Shown: positions 1 to 8,020 of the stretch, piece by piece | Numbering within the stretch: position 1 is the stretch's first letter | How the letters are laid out: the number at the start of each line of letters is the position of its first letter | Source of the DNA: Candidatus Eiseniibacteriota bacterium | GTDB lineage: Bacteria; Eisenbacteria; RBG-16-71-46 | NCBI GenBank assembly: GCA_963776245.1 | Contig: CAVZLN010000003.1 | Span: 896,001-960,000, forward strand | Reading direction: 5' to 3' | Length of the DNA: 64,000 nt | Program-made: the position numbers and the translations under genes | Notes under the pieces: model-generated | Databases searched by the model: none | Told to the model about the DNA's origin: nothing | The model's input: only the letters and a program-made list of their open reading frames with translations

Positions 1-156
1 GCCGAGGCCGCGCAGGCTCAATCGGTTCGGCCCGTGAGAAGACCCGGATCCGACCGGGACCAAGTCCGGGATTCCCCCGGCCCTTGACGGAGGAGTAGAC
101 TTGCAGGTGCGCAAGCGCGAGGCACCGGGAGTCGTCGTGGGAGAAGGGGCCGCGTC

Positions 157-615
157 ATGAACGCGAAGTTGCGCTGCTGGACGCTGTCGGTCGGTGTGGT
201 TCTGGTGGCGATCTGGGCCGAGGCCGGCCAGGCCGGATTGAGGATCGTGCCTGCTGCCCCGCAGGTCGGTGACACGGTCAGGGTCGAGGTCGATTCCTGG
301 TTCCCCAGCACCTGTTGGCGGGACACGGGCCAGACCTGCGCCGTCGGCCCGGACGATTCGCTGAAGTTCACGGTGGATGTCGGGTACTGCAGCGGGATGC
401 CCTCGTGCGGGTGCGCCCTGGTCATCGTGCCGTATCACCGCGTCTGCGACTTCGGGGTCTTGCCGGCGGGGTCGTACATCGCGGTCTTCACCGAGCGACA
501 CGTCTCGCCCTATGACCCCGAGCCGGGCTTCACCTGGTCGCTTCCATTCTCGGTCATCGGTCCGGTCCCCGCCCGGACGCACTCGTGGGGGCGGATCAAG
601 ACCCTGTTCCGCTGA
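157..615 (+). CDS. Small secreted Cys-rich protein with C-terminal PVPARTHSWGRIKTLFR tail
   Basis: 152-aa ORF with an N-terminal hydrophobic signal ending in AEA/QAG, several Cys, and a basic aromatic C-terminal tail. Confidence 0.8.
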   Translation: MNAKLRCWTLSVGVVLVAIWAEAGQAGLRIVPAAPQVGDTVRVEVDSWFPSTCWRDTGQTCAVGPDDSLKFTVDVGYCSGMPSCGCALVIVPYHRVCDFGVLPAGSYIAVFTERHVSPYDPEPGFTWSLPFSVIGPVPARTHSWGRIKTLFR

Positions 616-658
616 TCGGAAGCGCCCGGTCGTCGATACGGGCCGCCTCCGCGCCCCC

Positions 659-2035
659 CTACACCCGCGCGAGCGCCTCCTTCAGGTCGTGGATGATGTC
701 CTGCGGGTCCTCGATGCCGAGCGACATGCGCACGCCGCCCGGCTCGATGCCGGCGAGGCGCTGCTCCTTCACCGGCACCGCGGCGTGGGTCATCGAGGCC
801 GGGTGCTCGATGAGCGTGCGGACCTGTCCGAGACTCACCGCGAGGGTGATGGCGAGCGAGCGCGTGGCGAGGTGGTCCATCATGCGCGCGCCGCGCCGCC
901 GGGCCTGCGCGGGCGTGCCCTTGAGCACGAACGAAAGCAGGATCCCGGGCGCGAAGCGGCCATCCGGGCTGCGCATCTGGCGCCGCGCGAGCGCGTGCTG
1001 CGGATGCGAGCGCAGGCCGGGATAGCGCACGTAGGCCACCTTCGGATGGCGCTCGAGGAAGCGCGCCACCTGGAGCGCGATCTCCTGCTGGCGGCGGGTG
1101 CGCAGGCTGAGCGAGGGCAGGCCGTACACCAGCGTGGGCCACGCGCTGCGCGGCGAGAGCGGGCCGCCGAAGTCCTTGCGGTAGAGCAGCAGATCGCTCT
1201 CGAGCAGCCGCGGACCGATCACCGCGCCGCCCATGTCGGTGCCGAAGCCGCCGAGGTTCTTGGTCAGGCTGTGCACCACCAGGTCGATGCCGTGCTCGAG
1301 CGGCCGCTGGCCGAACGGCGTGGCGAACGTGTTGTCCACGACGGTGTAGATGCGGCGGTGGCGCTTGCCGCGCATGCGCCGCGCGCGCGCCGCGTTGGCC
1401 CGCGCCACCGCGCGCGCGACCGCCCGCAGGTCCACCAGCTCGAGCGTCGGGTTGCAGGGCGTCTCGAAGTACACCGCCATCACGTCGTCCTGCGCGAGCG
1501 CGGCCGCCAGCGCCGCGGGATCGGTGACGTCCACGAACTCCACCCGGATGCCGTAGCGCGGGTACCAGTTGGCGAGCAGCGAGTACGTGCATCCGTAGAG
1601 CGTCGGGTGCACGATCACGCGGTCGCCGGTGCGCAGCAGCACGCCGAGCGCGGCCGAGATCGCCGCCATGCCGGTGGCGAAGCACAGGCAGCGCTCGCCC
1701 CCCTCGAGCATCGCCAGGTTCTCCTCGAGCTGGCCGCGCGTGGGCTCGTCGAGGCGCTCGTAGATGTAGATCGGCGCGTGCTTCGCCCGGTCGAGGCCGG
1801 GGTTCGCGAACTCCAGGAACCCGGCCGCGCCGCGCTTCACGCTCTCGAGCCGGTACGCCGCCGACGCCGACTGGGGCGGCACGATGTGGTCGGAGTAGTT
1901 CCAGTGCTCGGTGTGGAAGCGTCCGTGCACCTGCACGGTGTCCGGCCGGTAGCGCTCCTCGACCCGGGTGGCGAGCCGGCCGTAGGTGTGCTGCTTCGAA
2001 CGCGCGGGAGCGCGGCGCTTGCGGCGCGGAGCCAT
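659..2035 (-). CDS. Cys/Met metabolism PLP-dependent enzyme, methionine gamma-lyase-like
   Basis: ATG at 2035 with GAGGAGG RBS. Motifs [41 protein letters not shown] (PLP Lys), [20 protein letters not shown]. Confidence 0.9.
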   Translation of the reverse strand: MAPRRKRRAPARSKQHTYGRLATRVEERYRPDTVQVHGRFHTEHWNYSDHIVPPQSASAAYRLESVKRGAAGFLEFANPGLDRAKHAPIYIYERLDEPTRGQLEENLAMLEGGERCLCFATGMAAISAALGVLLRTGDRVIVHPTLYGCTYSLLANWYPRYGIRVEFVDVTDPAALAAALAQDDVMAVYFETPCNPTLELVDLRAVARAVARANAARARRMRGKRHRRIYTVVDNTFATPFGQRPLEHGIDLVVHSLTKNLGGFGTDMGGAVIGPRLLESDLLLYRKDFGGPLSPRSAWPTLVYGLPSLSLRTRRQQEIALQVARFLERHPKVAYVRYPGLRSHPQHALARRQMRSPDGRFAPGILLSFVLKGTPAQARRRGARMMDHLATRSLAITLAVSLGQVRTLIEHPASMTHAAVPVKEQRLAGIEPGGVRMSLGIEDPQDIIHDLKEALARV

Positions 2036-2067
2036 GCTCGCCCTCCTCGGGTGTGGGATGGGTGGCG

Positions 2068-3066
2068 TCAGCGCCCGCGCGCGGGGCGCGGGCACAGGCG
2101 CACGACGTCGTCGACCTTCTTCGGGTCGGCGGGGAACAGCCCGACCCGGGCCAGCCGCGGCACCAGTTCCGCCCAGCGCGGCTCGGCCGCGAACACGGCG
2201 CGGAACGCCGGCCGCGCCTCCGCCTCGCGTCCGGCGCCGTACATCGAGACCGCGGCCCAGAAGCGCAGCTCCACCACGTCGGGCGCGAGCCGCGCCGCGT
2301 CGGCGTAGGCGCGCAGCGCGGAGTCCGGCAGGTTCGCGGCGATGAAGTTGTCGCCCGCGTCCTCGCGCAGGTAGGCGCGGCGCAGTTGCACCAGCCGGCG
2401 CAGCTCCTTGAGCGGGTACGGGTGGTCCTCGACGCGGAGGTCGAACAGCCGGTCCTCCCACGGCTTGCCGGTGGAGCGCGCGCGCACCACGAGGAGCGCC
2501 GCCGACTGGCGTCCGCGGAGGTCGCCGCCCGCCGCCTCGGCGGCGTCGAGTGCCGCGAGCAGCCGGTCGGCGAGGTCGCCGCGCGCCCGCTCGTAGGCCG
2601 CGCTCATCGCCGGCCACACCTTCGGGCTCGCCATCAGGTTCGCCTCCACCGAGTACTGCCGGCCGGTGAGGTGCCCGGCGTCGGGGATGCAGAGCTTGCC
2701 GGTGTGCGCGGCGACATTGCCGGCGGCGTCCACCATCGCGACCTGGCGCACGTCGGGATTGGGATCGGCGCGCAGCAGCGAGTCGAGCGCCGCGCTCGCG
2801 CTGAAGCCGCTCCGCATGAGCGCGAGGCCATTGGGGCCGTAGTCGATGAGCACCAGCGACTGGGTGGCCACCGCGCCCACCCCGGCCTCGGCCCACGGCA
2901 CCGCGGTGCCGACCGAGAAGTAGTGCGACTGCACCGCCACGCCGAGCTCGCCGGTCACCGAGTCGCGGGCCACGATGGAGTAGGTGTGGGCGAGCGGCTG
3001 AGGCGGTGCGCCCGGCGCGACGGGCGCGACGGCGAGCGCGAGGAGTGCGGAGGCCAGGGAGATCAT
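2068..3066 (-). CDS. DUF1028 (Ntn-hydrolase-like) secreted protein with C-terminal TPR-like helices
   Basis: Signal peptide, then HTYSIVARD...ELGVAVQSH, GAVATQS, AGGDLRGRQSAAL, DLRVEDH. Confidence 0.85.
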   Translation of the reverse strand: MISLASALLALAVAPVAPGAPPQPLAHTYSIVARDSVTGELGVAVQSHYFSVGTAVPWAEAGVGAVATQSLVLIDYGPNGLALMRSGFSASAALDSLLRADPNPDVRQVAMVDAAGNVAAHTGKLCIPDAGHLTGRQYSVEANLMASPKVWPAMSAAYERARGDLADRLLAALDAAEAAGGDLRGRQSAALLVVRARSTGKPWEDRLFDLRVEDHPYPLKELRRLVQLRRAYLREDAGDNFIAANLPDSALRAYADAARLAPDVVELRFWAAVSMYGAGREAEARPAFRAVFAAEPRWAELVPRLARVGLFPADPKKVDDVVRLCPRPARGR

Positions 3067-3227
3067 CGCGGGCGCATCATAGCGCCGCGTCGCTCGGCGT
3101 GGCGAGCGGGCCGGGGCGAGCGCGGCGGCCATGCCGCCCGGGCGCGGCGCCCGGGCGCGGCGCGGGCACGCGGTCGCCGAAGCTCGAGGCTGGACGAACC
3201 CGCGGCGGGCTGTCTATCCTGCGCGCC

Positions 3228-4871
3228 ATGCACACACCGGACGTCGGGTCGGCGGCGGGGCGCGAGGCGTCTCCCGGCGGCCGGACCACGCGGCTGGACG
3301 TCGCCGTGCTGATCGCGATCCTGTTGCTCGGCACGGTCAACCTGGCGCAGCCGCTGGGCTGGGACCAGGCGATCTTCACGATCGCCGCGCGGCGTCTCCA
3401 CGAGGGCGCCCAGCTCTACCGCGACGTGTGGGACGTGAAGCAGCCCGGCCTGTTCGTGTTCTACCTGCTGGGCGGCAGCGCCTTCGGTTTCAGCGAGGTC
3501 GGGATCCACGCCTTCGAGCTGCTCTACTGGCTGGCGTTCTCGTTCCTGCTCCAGCGCTCGCTGAAGCGCGACTTCCCGCAGCCGTGGGCCGCGAGCCTCG
3601 CGCCGCTGCTGGTGGTGGGGCTCTACTACGCGGTCTCCGGGGACTGGCACCTGACCCAGGCCGAGGGGCTGGCGGGGTTCCCGATGTTCTTCGCGCTGAC
3701 GCTCGCCGCGCGCGCGGGGGAGGACGGCCGGTCGCCGGTGCGCGCGCTGGCGCTGTCGGGCCTGTGCGGCGGGCTGGTGCTGTTCCTCAAGCTGCTCTTC
3801 CTGCCCATCCTCGCGGTCTTCTGGCTGCTCGCGCTGGCGCGGGCGTGGCCGCGCCATGGCGCGGCGGCGACCCTGGCCGGCGCGGGCGCGATCGCCGCGG
3901 GCGCCGCGCTGCCGTTCGCGATCGCCGCGGCGTACTTCGCGGCCCACGGCACGCTCGGGCTCGCGTGGTGGACCAACATCGTCTATCCCCTCCAGCTGTC
4001 GCCGCCGCATCCACGTTTCCGCTCCGGCATGCTGATGGAGGGGCTCGGGTGGTTCGGGACCAACTGGGCGGTGCCCCTCGGGCTGGCGGCGTTCGGCGTG
4101 GTGGCCACGCTGGGGCGCGCGCGCGACCGCCTGATGCCCTCCCTGCTCGGGTGGTTCGGCGTGGGGTTCGCGGTCATCCTGGTGCAGCGGCTCTCGTGGT
4201 GGGAGTACCACTACCTGCTGCTCATGGTCCCGGTGGGCGTGCTGGCGGCGCGCGGTCTCGGCCTGCTGAGCCAGCGGCTGACGGACCCGGCCGACCGCAC
4301 CGGCCGGCGCACCGCGCTGGCGCTGGGCGTGGCGCTGACGCTGGCGTTCGCGCCCGCGCTCGGCACCGCGGGGCTCAAGGCGGTCTACTTCGCGCACGAC
4401 GGGTTCGCGCGGAACGCCGCGGCCCAGCGCTACCACGGGATCCGGATGAGCCGCGGGAGCGCGTACGCGAAGATCCTCGCCGACATCGGGCTGCTCTCGG
4501 CGCCCGGCGCCCGGCCGGGGCCGATCTACGTCGCGGGCAATCCGCTCTACCACTGGCTGTCCGGGCGCGACTCGGCGATCCCGCGCTTCGGCGGCGTGCT
4601 CACGACCTACGCCAGCGCGGCGGACTGGCAGGAGATCACCCGCGGCCTGAGCGCGGCGCGCCCGCCCTACATCTTCGTGGATCGGGTGTACCTCGAAGAA
4701 CTGCGCGGCATGCCGGAGCGCAGCGCGCCGTTCCTCGCGCTGCTCGAGGGCCGCTATCGCATGGTCCAGCAGAGCCGGATGGGCGCATGGTGGGAGCTGG
4801 GTGAGGGGGCCGCGCCGCGCGCCCCGGCGGTCGCCGTGCCCGAGCCGCCCGCGGCGGAGGAGGCGCGATGA
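3228..4871 (+). CDS. GT-C (ArnT/PMT-like) polytopic membrane glycosyltransferase
   Basis: WDQ after TM1, LYRDVWDVKQPG, many TM segments, periplasmic C-terminal domain. Confidence 0.75.
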   Translation: MHTPDVGSAAGREASPGGRTTRLDVAVLIAILLLGTVNLAQPLGWDQAIFTIAARRLHEGAQLYRDVWDVKQPGLFVFYLLGGSAFGFSEVGIHAFELLYWLAFSFLLQRSLKRDFPQPWAASLAPLLVVGLYYAVSGDWHLTQAEGLAGFPMFFALTLAARAGEDGRSPVRALALSGLCGGLVLFLKLLFLPILAVFWLLALARAWPRHGAAATLAGAGAIAAGAALPFAIAAAYFAAHGTLGLAWWTNIVYPLQLSPPHPRFRSGMLMEGLGWFGTNWAVPLGLAAFGVVATLGRARDRLMPSLLGWFGVGFAVILVQRLSWWEYHYLLLMVPVGVLAARGLGLLSQRLTDPADRTGRRTALALGVALTLAFAPALGTAGLKAVYFAHDGFARNAAAQRYHGIRMSRGSAYAKILADIGLLSAPGARPGPIYVAGNPLYHWLSGRDSAIPRFGGVLTTYASAADWQEITRGLSAARPPYIFVDRVYLEELRGMPERSAPFLALLEGRYRMVQQSRMGAWWELGEGAAPRAPAVAVPEPPAAEEAR

Positions 4872-6421
4872 ACCGCCTGCTCGCCCGCGTGCCGACGATC
4901 GTCCTGTGGGGCGCCGGGCTGCTCGCCGTCGGCGCGTTCGTCGCACTCGCCCCGGTGCGCATGCTGAGCCCGCTCGAGTTCGGCTTCGGCGACGGGATGA
5001 TGCTCGACCATGTGCTGCGCGTGGTGCACGGCCAGCCGCTCTACGTCGCGCCGACGCTCCAGTTCATCCCGCTCGCGTACATGCCGCTCTACGTGTACGT
5101 GGTGGCGCCGCTGGTGGCACTCTTCGGTCCGCACTTCTGGACCGGCCGGCTGGTCTCGCTGCTCGCCTCGCTCGGGCTCGCCTTCCTGACCGCGCGCATC
5201 CTGCGCCACGAGACCGGCCGCTGGTCGCTGGGCATCGCCGGCGCCGGGCTGTGCCTGATGGGGCAGGGGTTCTCGCGCGGCAGCTACGACACCTTCCGGC
5301 CCGATCCGCTCATGCTGCTGCTCGCGTTCTCCGGGCTCGCGACGCTGCGTTTCACCCGCGGCCGGGCGGGAGCGGTCGGCGCGGCGCTGCTGCTCGCCGC
5401 GGCGTTCTTCACCAAGCAGCACGCGCTCTGCTTCGGCGCCGCCGCGTTCCTCCACCTCGCGGTCTCGGATCGCGCGCGCCTGCCCGCGTTCGCCATCGCG
5501 TGGGTCGCCGCCTGCGCGGGCGGGTTCCTGCTGCTCTCGGCCACGCTCGGACCGTGGTTCAGCTTCTACGTGTATGACGTGCCCTCGCACTGGTCGGAGT
5601 TCAGCCGCGCGCGGATCCAGAGCTACCTCGGCCGGGACCTGCTCGGCCGGCTGGGCGGGCTCTCCATCCCCGTGCTGCTCTCGCTCGCGCTTCCCGAACG
5701 CCCGTGGCGCGGCCCCGCGGGGCTGTGGTGGTGGGTCGGTCTGGGCGGCGTGGGGACCGGATTGCTCGCCACGCTGGACCCGTGGGCCTACTTCCACGTG
5801 CTCATGCCCACGCTCACCGCGTTCGCGGTGCTCGGCCCGCTGGCGCTGAGCCGGATCGCCGATCGCCTCGGCGCGCCGGCGGACGCCGGCCGCGCCGGGC
5901 TGGGAGCGGTGGCGGCGGTGGTGGTGATCCAGTTCGTGGCGCTGGCCTATCCGGTGCGCTCCCTGCTCCCGGCGCCGCACGCGCGCGCGACGTACGAGGC
6001 GTTCGAGGCGCGGCTGCGCGGGATCCCGGGCCGCGTGATCGTGCCCACGCACGGCTTCTTCGCCTGGAGCGTGGGCAAAGGCAGCTCGCTGCACACGCTG
6101 CCGCTCGACGACATCCTGCGCTCGCGCGGCAACCGACTGCTGGCGCGCGATCCGCTGTACTTCGAGCGCATGTTCGAGACCCTGCGCCGCGGCCCCGGGC
6201 GCCCGATCCTCCTGTGCGACGCCGAACTCGATCGCGTCGGGGACGAGTCCCGTCCGCTCTGGGCCACGCTCGCGGGCAGCTACCGCCTGGTGGGCCGCTT
6301 CGGCGATCTCGCCGGATCGCTCGCCCCGCGCATCGGCTACCGCGGCGCGCCAGTGATGGTGTTCGCTCCGGTCGAGCCCGCGACCCCGGCGGTCCCGGCA
6401 CCCGCGTCGCCGGTGCCGTGA
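4868..6421 (+). CDS. GT-C-like polytopic membrane glycosyltransferase
   Basis: ATGA overlap with the upstream gene. FGDG, YMPLY, GRLVSL, RPD, FFTKQ motifs; multiple TMs. Confidence 0.75.
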   Translation: MNRLLARVPTIVLWGAGLLAVGAFVALAPVRMLSPLEFGFGDGMMLDHVLRVVHGQPLYVAPTLQFIPLAYMPLYVYVVAPLVALFGPHFWTGRLVSLLASLGLAFLTARILRHETGRWSLGIAGAGLCLMGQGFSRGSYDTFRPDPLMLLLAFSGLATLRFTRGRAGAVGAALLLAAAFFTKQHALCFGAAAFLHLAVSDRARLPAFAIAWVAACAGGFLLLSATLGPWFSFYVYDVPSHWSEFSRARIQSYLGRDLLGRLGGLSIPVLLSLALPERPWRGPAGLWWWVGLGGVGTGLLATLDPWAYFHVLMPTLTAFAVLGPLALSRIADRLGAPADAGRAGLGAVAAVVVIQFVALAYPVRSLLPAPHARATYEAFEARLRGIPGRVIVPTHGFFAWSVGKGSSLHTLPLDDILRSRGNRLLARDPLYFERMFETLRRGPGRPILLCDAELDRVGDESRPLWATLAGSYRLVGRFGDLAGSLAPRIGYRGAPVMVFAPVEPATPAVPAPASPVP

Positions 6422-7989
6422 CCGCCGCGGCAGACCGTTGGCGGGCCCGGGTGGATGGACCGCTCTGCGGGGTCGTCCTCCTCATCGCGTTGGGCTATCG
6501 GCTCTACGCGCTGACCGGGGACATGCAGTTCGATCCGGTCATCTACGCTCAGAACGCGTACAACGTGCTCACCGGGACGTTCAGCTTCCGGACCGATTCC
6601 TGGTACGCGCACCGCTTCACCGTATTCCTGCCGGTCGTTCCGTGTTTCGCCCTGCTGGGGGTCGGTCCGATCAGCAGCCGGTTGTGGCCGCTCGCGCTCT
6701 CGCTGGTGCAGGTCGCCCTCGTCTATCACCTCGGGCGCCGCCTGCTGGGTCGGGCGACGGGACTCCTCGCGGCGCTCTTCGTCGCGCTCGCCCCGCTCGA
6801 CGTCATCGCCAGCACGACGCTCCAGCCCGACATCATCATGGCCGCCTTCCTGACCGCGGCCGCGGTCTGCTGGGTGCTCGCGCTGGAAGACGGTCACGCC
6901 GGGAACCGCGCGCTCCCCATGCTGTCCGGGATCTGCTTCGCGCTCGCGGTGCTGGCCCGCGAGAACGCCGCCTTGCTCGTGGTGTTCTACGCCGGCACGG
7001 CGCTGTGGAGGAGGACGCGCGCCGGTGCGCTGTTGTGGGCGGTGGCGGGCGGGCTGCTCGTGATCCTCCCCGTGCTGGTGCTGTACGCGGTCCAGACCGG
7101 CGATCCCTTCTTCCGGTTCGGCGTGCTCGCGGACACCTACAGCGGGTCGGTCATGCAGGAGGGGACGCGGCTCTCCTTCTATCCCGGACTGCTGGTCCAT
7201 GTCCGGCGGCATGTGACCGGGGTCGCGGCGCCGCTGTTCGCCCTGGGGCTGGTCGGAGCGATCCTCCGCCCCGATCGGCCGCGCGTCTGGCTGCTCTGGT
7301 GGGCCGTCCCGATGCTCCTCTACCTGCAGTTCGGGAGCATGAGCGCGACCCACTTCCTGCCGGTCCTGAAGCGCGAACGCTTCCTCACGCCATTGACGGC
7401 GCCGCTGAGCCTGCTCGCGGCCGCGGTGCTGCTCGATGTCGTCCCCTGGGCGCTGGGCCGGCTGCGGCCGCGGCTCGATCCCGCACGGCGCGGAAGGATC
7501 GGGGGGCTGATCCTCGGCGGGGTGCTCGCGGTCCTGGCGCTCAACTCGTTCCAGATCGTGCGCGCCGAGAGAGCCCGGGGGATGCGGACGTACGACGCGT
7601 TCCGCTCGGTGGTCCGGGTGCTCCGCGGCCGGCCGGACCTGCCGGTGCTGTTCGATCACTGGCGCACCGGACACCGCTTCTCGTACTACCTCGGCTTCGA
7701 GGAGGGCGCCGATCTCTACCGCGGTGGGGACGACCGCGCGCGTATGCGCCACCCGGGCGCGTTCGGCCCGTCCCGTCTCGGGTACGTGTGCTGGTACCCG
7801 GACCCCGGCCAGCTGCCGAAGGCCCTCATCGTCCTCGACGACGACGCCCTCGAGCGCGTCCGGACCTCCCTCAGCGCGAAGGCGACCTACGCTCCGGGAG
7901 AGATCCCCGGCTACGCGTACGCTCCTCCCGCGGCGTGGACGCTGCTGGGAAGGTTCGGCACGTTCCGCGTCTACCAGAGCCCGGGCTAG
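6418..7989 (+). CDS. Glycosyltransferase family 39/83-like (GT-C) membrane protein
   Basis: GTGA overlap. FDPxxY after TM1, SRLWP, LQPD, LARE, ERF motifs; multiple TMs. Confidence 0.75.
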   Translation: MTAAADRWRARVDGPLCGVVLLIALGYRLYALTGDMQFDPVIYAQNAYNVLTGTFSFRTDSWYAHRFTVFLPVVPCFALLGVGPISSRLWPLALSLVQVALVYHLGRRLLGRATGLLAALFVALAPLDVIASTTLQPDIIMAAFLTAAAVCWVLALEDGHAGNRALPMLSGICFALAVLARENAALLVVFYAGTALWRRTRAGALLWAVAGGLLVILPVLVLYAVQTGDPFFRFGVLADTYSGSVMQEGTRLSFYPGLLVHVRRHVTGVAAPLFALGLVGAILRPDRPRVWLLWWAVPMLLYLQFGSMSATHFLPVLKRERFLTPLTAPLSLLAAAVLLDVVPWALGRLRPRLDPARRGRIGGLILGGVLAVLALNSFQIVRAERARGMRTYDAFRSVVRVLRGRPDLPVLFDHWRTGHRFSYYLGFEEGADLYRGGDDRARMRHPGAFGPSRLGYVCWYPDPGQLPKALIVLDDDALERVRTSLSAKATYAPGEIPGYAYAPPAAWTLLGRFGTFRVYQSPG

Positions 7990-8020
7990 AGCTCCGAGGC
8001 GGTCGGGCGATCCCGCGCGA

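Noticed and set aside
1..156. Tail of an upstream gene, or a promoter for the first ORF
   Set aside because: Too little context. TTGACG and TAGACT are spaced too closely for sigma70, and there is no valid sigma54 spacing.
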